This document shows, one piece after another, positions 1 through 10,999 of a stretch of 64,000 bases of DNA (the stretch's first letter is position 1; every line of letters begins with the position of its first letter). The position numbers and the translations under genes were made by a program. The notes under the pieces were generated by a model. The model saw nothing but the letters and a program-made list of their open reading frames with translations, did not search any database and was not told the origin of the DNA. Source of the stretch: Lama guanicoe. Its lineage: Eukaryota. Location of the stretch: positions 1,021,103-1,085,102 of the forward strand of contig MU053520.1 of assembly GCA_013239625.1 (NCBI GenBank), written 5' to 3'.

Positions 1-109
1 TGGGAATAGATTAACTACATTGCAAAGAATTGGAATTGGCTATATGTTTTACCCAGTTTTTAATCAGTTTTATAGAAGCTTTAAATGTTCAAGTTTCTTC
101 TCCTCCACC

Positions 110-112
<3 letters not shown>

Positions 113-143
<31 letters not shown>
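113..143. repeat. (TG)n microsatellite
   Basis: Pure tg run; it explains the CVCV and HTHT pseudo-ORFs. Other CA/TG runs lie at ~1422-1450, 8973-9007, 9770-9794 and 11456-11470. Confidence 0.95.
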
Positions 144-144
<1 letters not shown>

Positions 145-1578
145 AATCTGATTTTGATGAGAATGCGAAGATGGATCTTAAGAGGAAATATATTACTTTT
201 TCATATTGTACCTGGACCAATGAATCTGAAAACTCCTGGAGACCTATGAAATTGTTGGGTTGACCTTGCAAGTAAATTAAAAAATATCTATCAGTGAGCA
301 AATGTACTTCCATAATATTACCAGTTTGGAAACCAAATTGAGCATGATGCAGGGAATACTAGTAGCCAAAAAATATTGAAAGTCATTACTGAGGCTTAGA
401 TTCAACCTTCTCTTTTTCTGTCATCTGTCAAACACGTGAATATTTCCTTCACGATTTTTTGTCAACCATCCTTATGATTCACCAGACTCTTTACTCTTGA
501 GGGGAAAAAAAAAAAAAGAAAAGACAAACAGCTATAGATTCTTATGTGGACACTAAGATTCTTAAATGCCAACAACCACCATTTGGGTCATTATAGTACA
601 AACTGCTACAGCAATTGCTGTTCAGTACAACAAATGCCATGTTTGCCTTATACATTATGTTAAGCTCAAGGATGAGCATCATCACACACCATTCTTCTTG
701 GCCATAACGCATTACTCATTTCATTTCTTAGTGCAATGAGATGACTCTTTTTCATTTAAAAGAAAATTTAATTGGTTCTGTAGCAGATATTTTAACAACT
801 TATGATTTAAGGTTCATTAGCAGTTAAAACTAAATGAAAATAAAATACTTTTCTGTGAAAAGCAAATCAGCCTTAAGTCTGAAATAGCATTACAGTTAAC
901 ATGGGAAACATTTTACCTTCATAGATTAAACATTTTGCACTTCCAATCATCTGACCGATTAATTATCATAACTCTCTTAGTCACAAGAACTCACAGTAGG
1001 ACTTTTGATCATAAGGATATCTCAAAAACTTTGTAAATACATAAAACATAATTCCCCCATTAGCATAAGCCACGTATACCTGTATTCACATATACATATC
1101 CCTGGTCACTCTCAAAATTTTGGATGCATCAGTAAAAATTAATATGTAGGTCTTGGGCTAGTGAAAATAAGAGAAAAAGCCCAAAAAGGCAGCAGTGACA
1201 TTTTGCATTCTTTTCAAATTACAGATTCTTAAAATAATTCAAGAATTTAAGAATCAGGGCTTAATCTTTACTTCCTAACCAAAATATGTAATGATCACAT
1301 TACGAAAATTAAATAAAAATGGGACAGATGGCCTGGTAAAGCAACGCAGGCAAAAGATCAAGGATATGTGCAAGGACTGGTTATTTTGATCCAATTACTA
1401 GGCTTTGCAGTTAAAAACAAAACACACACACATACACACACACACACACATCTTCCTTACTCCTTGCCTCTTATATTTCAATACATTCTTTCTTTTCTGA
1501 CTTCAATATTCAGTTTTTTATTATTTATGGTCCACTTTACACTCAGGTCTACCCATCCAAAGCAGAGCTCCTTATACC

Positions 1579-1730
1579 AGTGGTTTTCAGATTTGGGTTT
1601 ATCTGCATCATCTTGTTAAAACACAAATTTCTGGGCCTATCCTAGACACTCTAGATCAGAAATCTGCGTCTCTAACAGGCTCCCAGTGATGCCAGTTCTG
1701 CTGGTCCACAGACCACACTTGAAGAACCAT
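1579..1730. mobile_element. MER5-type (hAT-Charlie) non-autonomous DNA transposon relic
   Basis: It starts cagtggtttt and contains cttgttaaaacacaaatttctggg and ctaacaggctcccagtgatgcc...ctggtccacagaccacacttgaagaacca, motifs recalled from MER5. Confidence 0.75.
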
Positions 1731-1734
1731 TCTC

Positions 1735-2903
1735 TGACATACATCTCAAAAATGTTCTCCTAGGACAGTCTACCCAAGCAATAGAAATAAAAGCAGGAAT
1801 AAACAAATGGGACCTAATGAAACTTACAAGCTTCTGCACAGCAAAGGAAACCACAAGTAAAACAAAAAGACAACCTACAGATTGGGAGAAAATTTTTGCA
1901 AATGAAACCAACAAATATATAGGCAGCTCATATGACTTAATAAGAAACAACCAAACAACCCAGTCCAAAAATGGGCAGAAGATCTAAACAAGCAATTCTC
2001 CAAGGAAGAAATACAAATGATCAATAGGCACATGAAAAATGTTCAATATCGTTAATTATCAGAGAAATGCAAATCAAAACTACAATGGCCATCATTCAAA
2101 AATCCACAAATGACAAATGCTGGAGAGGCTGTGGAGAAAAGGGAACCCTCCTACGCTGCTGGTGGAAATGCAGTTTGATACAGCCACTGTGGAAAACAGT
2201 ATGGAAATTCTTCAAAAGACTAGGAATAGACTTACCATATGACCCAGTAACCCCGCTCCTGGGCATATATCCAGAAGGAACCCTACTTCAAAAAGACACC
2301 TGCACCCCAAAGTTCATAGCAGCACTATTTACAATAACCAAGACATCGAAACAGCCTAAATGTTCATCAACAGATGACTGGATAAAAAATAAGTGGTATG
2401 TTTATACAATGGACTACTATTCAGCTATCAAAACTGACAACATAATGCCATTTGCAGCAACATGGTTGTTGCTGGAGAATGTCATTCTAAGTGAAGTAAT
2501 CCAGAAAGAGAAAGAAAAATACCATATGAGATGCTCATATGTGGAATATAAAAAAAAAAAAAGAAAAAAAAAAAAAAAAGAGGGAAAGAAAGAAAGAATA
2601 AATAAATACAAATGAGAAACAGACTCACAGACATAGAATACAAACTTGTGGTTGCCAGGGAGTGGGAAGGGACAGATTGCAATTTCAAAATATAGAATAG
2701 ATAAACAAGATTGTACTGTATAGCACAGGGAAATATATACAAGATCTTATGGTAGCTCACAGAAAAAAAATGTGACAGTGAATATATGTATGTTCATGTA
2801 TAACTGAAAAGTTGTGCTCTTCACTGGGATTTGACACAACATTGTAAAATGATTATAACTCAATAAAAAATGTTTTAAGTGGGGGTCTAAAAAAGAAAAA
2901 AGA
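1735..2903 (+). mobile_element. 5'-truncated LINE-1 (ORF2 C-terminus, 3'UTR, A-tail)
   Basis: ORF 2067-2615 has L1 ORF2 C-terminal motifs ([35 protein letters not shown]). AATAAA is at ~2862. The TSD is aagaaccattctc (1722-1734) / aagaactattctc (2904-2916). Confidence 0.95.
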
Positions 2904-3323
2904 AAGAACTATTCTCCTATACTCACATTGACTATCCTGGGTTTGGGGAGACAGACCTGATTCCAAACATTCTCTCCACATTACCTTCCAAGATTATTGT
3001 TTCTTATCAGATTTAAAAATGTTGGGGTAAAGTGGGGAATTCATAAAATAAAGATAGGACATACATACTTGAACAAATCTGCTTTCCTTCTCATTCCTCC
3101 TGTCTTCCCCTCCTCTCCTCACAGAGGATGGCTAATCTCATCAAGCTGATGAAGAAAATGTGGTCTAAATTATACAATTCACACTACCATGTAAATGGCT
3201 GGCTTGGAATTGTATTAAGTCAGCTAATCATATTCCCTTGTTAAAAGCAGCTTGTTAAATTAAATGAATGGATACTTTAATTAAAAGTATTTCAGCCAAG
3301 TAGATTATCAGAGCTGGGAGGCC

Positions 3324-3807
3324 TGACACAAGCCCAGACTTGTTCTGCTCACCATATAACAGGTCAATAAATCAAGAAGCAAGCTGTTGAAGCAAGGAGT
3401 CACAGAAAGCCAGAAGACCAAGAAAATGCTGGACTCATGTCCTAGAGAACCATCTTACCCAAGTCAGAATTCAGGTTCCTTTTATATTAAGAGAGGAGGG
3501 GGTGTAGTTGGTTGTTACAAATTTCTTGGTGTCAGAATCCTTTGATCTTGCAGCTATCCAGATAGGTAAGGTCACAATGTTTCTGTAAACCTCCAATAAG
3601 ACAGATCTTATTCTTTGTTCTGCAACTTTTTGTCTCTATATGAATGGGAAAATGTTATATCCTTGAAGGTCAGAGCCTTGAGAATGGGCTATCTTGTATA
3701 TTTCCTTATATGTTTCCAAGTTGGCTCCATTAAGCATGACTAAGTACAGGTAACAGAGCAAAAGGAACATCTCTAATATGGAGTCAGATTCATTCTTCCC
3801 TATTTCA
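3324..3807 (-). repeat. 3' LTR of provirus
   Basis: It aligns by eye with 8396-8914 and is preceded on the minus strand by the purine-rich gacagtggggact (PPT-like, ~3808-3820). Confidence 0.92.
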
Positions 3808-4175
3808 AGTCCCCACTGTCAATGTCCATTCCACAATCTTGTGGAAAAAGGGGTGATGACTATTCTGGCTACTTCCTTCTGAACAGGGGTGATGAGGGGG
3901 TGATCATGGAATGGAGTTGATCAGCCCTGGAAAGAAAACATTCCTTAGAATCTTTAGTCACTAGCGCAATCTTCTTTGCTTCTTCATCTACAACTTCTTG
4001 AACCTGATGAAGTCACTTAGTACTTTGTTTAACTTGGGGTTTTTGTTCCAGTTCCCAATACAAACCTATTAATTTTACCTTTCTGACTGTGCCATAATTA
4101 CAATAGATTCCTCTGTTATTTATTTGGAAAAGATTAAATGAATAGTTTGACACTTTTCCAGCTATAAAAAAATTA

Positions 4176-4660
4176 TTTAAGGAGGGCATTACCACTCTGG
4201 AGGGTTTTTTTTTTTTTGCTGGGGTGGGATATGGGTCTGCCCATCCTGAAAAAGAGTCCACAAACACTAGCAGGTACATGAAACTTCCTGCAGCTTGAGT
4301 CATTTGAGCCCTCTGTGGGGCAGGTTCCTCTGTGTTGAGTCCCCATTGCGGGAGGTCTGACAGCAATCTTTAGGTTATTTTTAGCACAAATCATGCAATT
4401 CTGGGTTACTCACTGAATGATTTTTTGTAGGTTAGGCCCCCCTTCCATAATTTTGATACCACTGCAAGGTGGTATCTCTCCCATAATGAGTACTATTATG
4501 AATGCGCCATAGTATAGTGTCCAGGAATGTCTCAGGGATCAAGACAATTCCTTGTGCACTACATGGCCAGCCAGGCAAGGCATAATCAAGAGTGAAACCC
4601 CACTCTTTGGCCTTCTCTCTGTCCTTTTTCTGAATATGCTGCCTGGCATTTTGACAGGTC
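4176..4660 (-). pseudogene. pol: ERV integrase N-terminal and core remnant
   Basis: HHCC-like pieces (IHNSTHYG ... ICAKNN) and a core motif YLLVFVDSFSGW; it is frameshifted and truncated. Confidence 0.85.
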
Positions 4661-4699
4661 ATTCTGTGGAAGAAGGGATTCTAACATAGCTTGATAGTT

Positions 4700-5726
4700 G
4701 CCTTAGCAAATCACCCACAATTGGAGTAAAAGTCCATTGTACGATACTAAGTTTCTTAGGTTCCCTAGCCAACATTTCCCTAAACAGGGTAGGGAACTTC
4801 TTAACTTCTTGAGGTAGGACTGTCCAGCAATTCTGTTGGACTACTTGTGTTTTGGGGTCCTGCCACGCAGAAGCAAATAAGAATGCAGGAAAAAAAATCT
4901 TTCAAGTCCCAAAGTGAGAGCCAGCCATATTTTCCTGGATTAGTTGTGAGCAGGGCATATGGATTAGGCACTAACAGGGTGTAAGTCTTGGACCACTTCA
5001 TTAATAGCCCTCAAGTCTTGGACAAAGTGATACTCTGCTGAGTTTGGTTTTCTGCCTGGGAGAACAAGGGTGTTGTACGGGGACCTATGGGGTGGAATCA
5101 GTCTTGTTTTTGAGAAGTTTTCTAAAATTGGCTGAATTCCCTTTTGGACCACTTGCCTCTGAGGATATTGATTTATATTAGGTGCCCGATCCTCCCTTTT
5201 TAACGGGATCTGCATTGGCCATGTGGCTTTGGCCTTCCCCAGCGTGCCATCAGCCCACACTTCTGGACTTACCCTGTAGTAGACCCCGAGGGGAAAGAGC
5301 TCTGTCTCCTCCTCTGGGGTTTTCATGAGTGCCATCTGTGGACTTAAAGCACGTTCTGGTGGAACTCTGATGTTAAGTTCTTCTGGCAAAAATGTTACTT
5401 GAGCATTTAACTTACAAAGGAGCTCTCTGCCCAAAGAGGGATTGGGTACTCTGGCACATATAAGAAACTATGATTCAGGGTGAAGTCTCCTAGTTGGCAT
5501 TCTGGAGGTTGTTAAGAATGAACAATTTTGTAATTCTCAAGAGACTCCCATGACCGGGATGGACTGAGGTATTTTCTGTGCCAAGTTAGTGTTTGAACAC
5601 AGAGTATGTTGCACCAGTATCACTCAGAAAGTCAGTCAGCTCATATTTCATTGTCAGTTTGACCCAGGATGTCTGTGGGGTAATTGGGCATGGGCGTCTC
5701 AAGTCCAAGGGAGCCCCCAGGCTTCT
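4700..5726 (-). pseudogene. pro-pol: ERV protease and N-terminal reverse transcriptase remnant
   Basis: FLSDTGATYSV (DTGA at 5610-5621), GRELLCKLNAQVTF, SPYNTLVLP..YHFVQDLRAIN, VPNPY, DLKD and WTVLPQ. The YxDD region is degenerate at ~4710-4730 and no RNase H is seen. Confidence 0.92.
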
Positions 5727-7974
5727 TCATTCATAATCAGAGTGCTTCTTTCTTTCTACTATGTGAGAAGCTCTCATCTTTCTTTTATGGTTTTCCTAGA
5801 TCAGATTCATAAGCAGGTAAAATACATATGCTGAGGGGTGCCATCAACAGAGCTATGCATTAGAAAGATAAGAGGCATCTCATTGGTAGAGCATTGATAC
5901 AAGAAGCCACCTAAAGGAAGCCCCATCACTAGTCCCAGCCCAGAAGTTCTCAAGACTTTCCAATGCTGTGGCCACATTATGTGGAAATGCCTTTGCAAGG
6001 ATAGAAGAAGATTCAGCTCTTGCTGTGGGGAAACTTACTGCATCAGTTATGCTCACCAGAAAGGACATAGCAATAAACACTGGTCTTTCCCATACATCAG
6101 AGAGAACTGTAACTCTTCCTGAGATGAACATTCCTGCTACTAACATAAATTTTGCTCCAACGTGTACAAGATATTTTCTAAATACCAAAGATGCCAGAAG
6201 TCAGAGCGTAACATCCAAAGATCGTACCAGTATTGCTGGCTCCATTCTTTTCAGCCTCTGTGGGGGGGAAAAGTTTCCACATCATGGAAACTAAGTTAGT
6301 GAATGCTTCAGCAGCATTTAAAATCTGTATTAGACAGATTCAGTACAAATATCTGTTCTCTTGAAAGCTACCTGGGCCCTTACACTTCCTGGAGGGCCAT
6401 CACTTTTTAATGTGCAAGACTAGGGGCAGGTCCTAAGAGCACATAGCATCTTGTAGTGATTAAGTTTCCAAAAACCAGAAGTAATTTCCTCAGCTGTGGT
6501 ATTTTTTCCCTGAGGTGGCCCAATGGTGAAGAAATGGCATAGCACAGTGTCAAACCCAAGAATACCAGTCCCACATATCCAGCCAGTAAATTAAACTGCT
6601 CCAAAACAAAGAGGGACAGCGTAGGGTCAAGGAAGCTAAAATATGAGCTGAGTGAGGTAATGATGAAGGCTGTAAGGGCAACCTTGGGTAAAGTGATCAG
6701 TTTCCAGAATGAGTTGTTCCCTGTTTAACACTTTAAAACAAACACCTACCAATTGAGAAGGGTTCCTTCCAAATGCACGATCTAATTTTTGCAATTTTTT
6801 CACATTTACCATTCTAGCATTTTCAGGGGCCTTGGATCTGCTCTAGACCTGATGAATTCGTTCCAAAAATTCAGAGAGATCTTCATTTGTTTTTTGCTGG
6901 ATTCCTTTAATTTTGTTAAACCCAGCCCATTGGCTATTTGCATTTAGGACCCCTGGGGTTAATAGTGTAGGGGAAATTGTCCTGTGCCAGGAGTGGACCC
7001 CCGTCCAAAGTGGGTGCCCTATCAGGTCTTAGATGACAATACTAGACCAGGCCCCTGTGCCTCAGGGACTAACACAGGATTTTCAATTGATACCTATAAG
7101 GAGGGGAAGCCAGTCTGACCACTTCCTGAGCCCCAGCATTGGCAATCGGGGCTGGTTGTGTAGGAACGGGAGGCACTGGAAAGGGTGGATACCTTGGCAT
7201 AGTGGCTGCAGCGGATGGGGCAGCTAGCTCAGCCAGAGGAGCGAAGGTCTGAAGCAACATAACCTAACTCGTGTTCTAGTCCTTTTCTTATTTTCCCTGA
7301 TATAACAGTACAAATGCTTGCACATAGGGCATTCCATCATTCTTCCCTGATTTTCACAGAATATCTATAATTGCAGGATTGTATAAAGACACCATTCCTC
7401 AACATTTTATTGTAAAACCATAAATGGCAACTGATCCTCCCTAACCATTTTGCCTTGGCATCAACCAACCAGGCTGAATTCTGGGCTGAGGCTTTTAGTG
7501 ATTGTAGGAACCAAGTGGAAGCTTTCCATTCTCTCACTCTCAGACAAGAACAGACAGAGTTGGCTTTCTTTGTTTCTTTGTTTGTTGTTTTTGTTTATCT
7601 ATTTCTTTCCTCCATTTGCCATCAGTAAAAATTTTAAATATCACAAAACTGACTTGGAGACATGGAACCAGAACAAAATGTATGAGAAACCCAAAGGACA
7701 AACAGAAAACCCTAAATAAACCCTCACATTTATTTAGTGTTGGGGTTTTACATGCACAGTGACACAGCAGACCACACATGATATAATTAACACAGCAAGG
7801 GTGGCAGTATATGAAGGTAACCCTGCATAGATCCCTTGTTGGAGATCCAAATGGATACTGTAGCCACACATTGTTCATCTTCCTCTTAGTCATGGGTTCA
7901 TAGATGTAATCAGGCGACTTATCCGAAATGTGTCTCAGAGGACTTTCTTTAGGGAGAGTTGAAATAGTCCCCAT
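5727..7974 (-). pseudogene. gag: ERV gag remnant (MA, Pro-rich region, CA), interrupted by inserts
   Basis: MGTISTLPKESPL..NNVWLQY, YTILQL*IFC..PYVQAF, a Pro-rich PPY segment, MHR-like IQQKTNEDLSEFLERI and KKLQKLD..PSQLV..FKVLN. The TGA at 5727-5729 is in frame with the protease. Confidence 0.88.
5793..6723 (-). pseudogene. SLC18B1: Circularly permuted, intronless SLC18B1 retrocopy (circRNA-derived)
   Basis: The peptides SFWKLITLPKV..FLDPTLSLFVLEQFNLLAGYVGLVFLG..LLVFGNLIT..LLGP..HIK are followed by REQIFVL..EAEKNGASNT..YLVHVGAKFMLVAGMF..SSSILAKAFPHNVAT..GGFLYQ..YESD. They match human SLC18B1 as I recall it, but in permuted order, with frameshifts and small deletions. Confidence 0.92.
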
Positions 7975-8372
7975 TTTTTTAAAGACAGAAATACAAGACA
8001 AACAAAACACAAGTAGTTCACACAAATGCTAGCATCCATTCATGAAACAAACCAGCTCACAAACTGAGTCCAAGTCCAGCAACTATTTCCTCTCTCCAGC
8101 AGGGAACTCCGCTCAAATATGAAACAAATCAGTTTATTCCACAGGAAAAAGCCCCAAGCAGAGAGAAGTAGACTTTCCACCTGTACACACGGGAGCAACT
8201 TATCCTACTGCTTGGAGCCCGTCAGCTCCCAGCTGTTGAGTCCTTCTCCAACTGCCAAGCACTGGGGCAGCTGGTGCCACTTTGGGGAATTTTGAAGGGA
8301 AGACCCTCAGGACAAAGTGTCCTGGCAGCTGCTGGGGCCTTAAACCAAAATTCCCCAACCAAACAGCAAGGT

Positions 8373-8390
8373 CTCTGGCTATCTTAGCCA
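8373..8390 (-). promoter_or_regulatory. Degenerate primer-binding site
   Basis: tggctaagatagccagag lies a few bases inside the 5' LTR. It loosely resembles a tRNA-Arg PBS (TGGCGAGCCAGCCAGGAG), but the tRNA identity is uncertain. Confidence 0.55.
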
Positions 8391-8395
8391 AAATT

Positions 8396-8914
8396 TGTTA
8401 CCGAGTACAAACTTATTGTACTCAGTGTACAACAGGACAATAAATCAGGAGGTGAGGGGTTGGGGCAAGGAATAGTGACTTTATGCAAAAAGCCAGCAGA
8501 CCAAGAAGGCAGGGGACTAATGTCCTAGAAAACTGTCTTACCCAAGTTAGAATTCAGGCTCCTTTTACACTAAAAGGGGAGGGGGCAGGACTGGATATTG
8601 CAAACTTCTTGGTGTCAGAATCCTTTGTTCTTACTGCTGTCTACGTAGGTTAGGTCACCATGTTTCTGTAAACATTCCACAAGACAAATGTTATGCTCTG
8701 TTCTGCAACTTTTTATCTCTATGTGGGTGGAATAGTGTTATATCCTTAAAAGTCAAAGCCTTGAGAATGAGCTAACCTGCATATTTCAGGTTATAGGCAA
8801 TATTCTTTTACAAAAGGTGCAGAACCAGCAGGATTAAGCACAGCAAACAGAGCACAGGGTTAGAGATAAAGCAACAGATCTAATATGGAGTCAGATTTGT
8901 TCTTCCCTATTACA
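8396..8914 (-). repeat. 5' LTR of provirus
   Basis: It has tgtta...taca termini and is ~80% identical to 3324-3807 over a ~250-bp hand-aligned block. Confidence 0.92.
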
Positions 8915-8970
8915 GGCCTACCTGGGGTCCAACTGATCTCTTTAACCTCTCAAGTTTGTCTGAGGAGCCA

Positions 8971-9009
<39 letters not shown>

Positions 9010-10999
9010 GGGAAGGAGGACTTCACCCTAATTCTTGATATGGATGACTCAGTAGGAATTAATTTTCATCAGCACATTTAGTGACAATAGGATCTATTGA
9101 ATTAGGTCTTACTCCTTCAGCTTATCCACCGGAACATGGGTGAAGTGAAAGTGATGCCTATTCCAATATCTCTTTGGGCTTTTTTCTCCCTCAAAAAAGG
9201 TAAATTAGTTCTGCTTTATAACTGAATGAAGAGTTACTCTATGCACCAATAGAAGAAAGACAGCTAAGATTTAAAAGAATAAAATGCATTAAATGAGTAA
9301 GTGAATAGATAGATAAAAATAAATGATGATGGCTAGATAGACAGACCAGATATTTCTTTTCTCTCTATATCTGGCTGGTTAGTTTCAATAATTAAAATTC
9401 GAAAAGAAAAATTGGAAAATTATCTTGCTTAAAAAAAAGGCATGGAACTTTTTAAATCTCCCACCCCAACAAGTGAAAAAGATACAAAAATAGTTAGATC
9501 ACCTTTACCAACTTTTCTAGAAACTAATAAAAGATATTTTCTTCATATTTTTTCCACGAAATAAAATACAATCAATTTTAAATTACCTTTCTCACTTTTC
9601 CAGACCCATTTTCCCTGCAGAAAACCACTAACATGAATTTACTATCTGTTCTATTTATAATTTTATTACATTTTATACATCTGTGGAAAAATACAATATT
9701 ATTTTATTAATGCTCCATATATTTTGTAAAATATTAGTCTCCATATTATTTCAGTATTGATTTCTCCCAAACACACACACACACACACACACACGCTCCA
9801 TAAAAGAAAAAAAAATATCATTCCCAACTTCTCCTTCTTTGTTTTTTTCTTAATTAGAATCATTCTCACATATGCATTTGTCTGGTAGAGTGATGCACCT
9901 TTATAGAGTTCCAGTTTTCATAGATTATGAGAATTTAGGTACAATTTAACATCCCTGATCCCAATTGTTATTTATTCTACTTTTCTATTAGCAGGTTTAT
10001 TTGAAGAAAAAAACTAGAAGGCAAGCAAGCTATATTTGGCAGGAGTCTTCTCTGCTTTTCTGGATATTCTGATTGTGCAAAGCACATTAGCATATGACTT
10101 TCTGCAGAAAATTTTCTATCAATTGACAAGAATAAAAGGGTGTAAATCTTCCCCCTTTCAGAATCAAGACTGTTGACTGCACCCAAGATGCTCTTAGGAT
10201 GGAACTAGGTCTCTGCCAGTTACCTGAGGAACTGATTGTGAAAAACTGTGCTGTCAGGTATGCGCTTGACTTATTGTAACCCCCACGATGATTCTTGAAT
10301 TGGAATGCAGAATTAGAGGAATGCTGAACTTAATAAAAGATCATGGAAACAAGCTGCTTGATCTAATGCTTAATCTAAATTTATCTACTTTAATCTAGCT
10401 GAGCTTTATCTGACGGAACCAAAAAATGTGGATTTATCATTCCAAACCTACCAAATGCATTTATGGTAAGTGCATGTCATAAAAAATTGGAGCAAATATT
10501 TTTGTCCTAAGTTTGCAAAGACCTGGGAGTTGACACTAGATTCCCTTTTTGTAGAACATGTTCCTAGGGGAATATATAACATATTCTTTAGATAGGTATG
10601 ACATTTAAACAATTTGAACCAAATTTATTTTTCATGCACTTATATTCACAAAGAGCTAATATATGAGAGGGTAGGTTAATACTATCCTTGTTCATTTTGA
10701 GTTGGTATTTTGGGAATTTTAAGTCATTAAGCCTATTTAAGAAGTTTTATTCATGTGGAAAGAAATTTGAATTGAAAGATTCAAAGACTGAGTTCTCTGT
10801 TCCTAAGTTTCTCACTGACTGTCTCTATGATAATAAAAAATATAATTATTATTTTAATAGTTTTTAAATGTTATTAATGTTTAATTTCATTTTATTACAA
10901 TGTGTTTCTTGTATGAAATAAAATTTGTAAGTAATATTTTTCTGTGAGAGATCTAGAGCAAGACACTTCACAAGCTTGGACTATAGTTTTTTTTTTTTA

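Larger units (their letters stand above)
3324..8914 (-). mobile_element. Defective class I (ERV1, gamma-like) provirus: LTR-gag-pro-pol remnants-LTR
   Basis: Two homologous TG...CA LTRs, a 4-bp TSD ggcc (3320-3323 / 8915-8918), a TGG-initiated PBS-like site and a PPT-like site. Gag, PR, RT and IN peptide remnants lie in the correct order on the minus strand. Confidence 0.95.

Noticed and set aside
5968..6294. 108-aa plus-strand ORF inside the provirus
   Set aside because: It is the antisense shadow of the SLC18B1 coding frame, has a non-ATG start and no recognisable homology.
5793..6723. Functional SLC18B1 gene or Gag-SLC18B1 fusion protein
   Set aside because: It has multiple frameshifts and deletions, upstream gag stops, and the SLC18B1 frame is offset from the gag frame at entry.
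5793..6723. Ordinary L1-made processed pseudogene
   Set aside because: There is no poly(A) or 3'UTR, and both blocks are on the same strand in swapped order, which twin priming does not produce.
10399..10471. Possible exon ending in atg|gtaagt
   Set aside because: The acceptor is weak, no peptide is recognisable and no partner exons were found.
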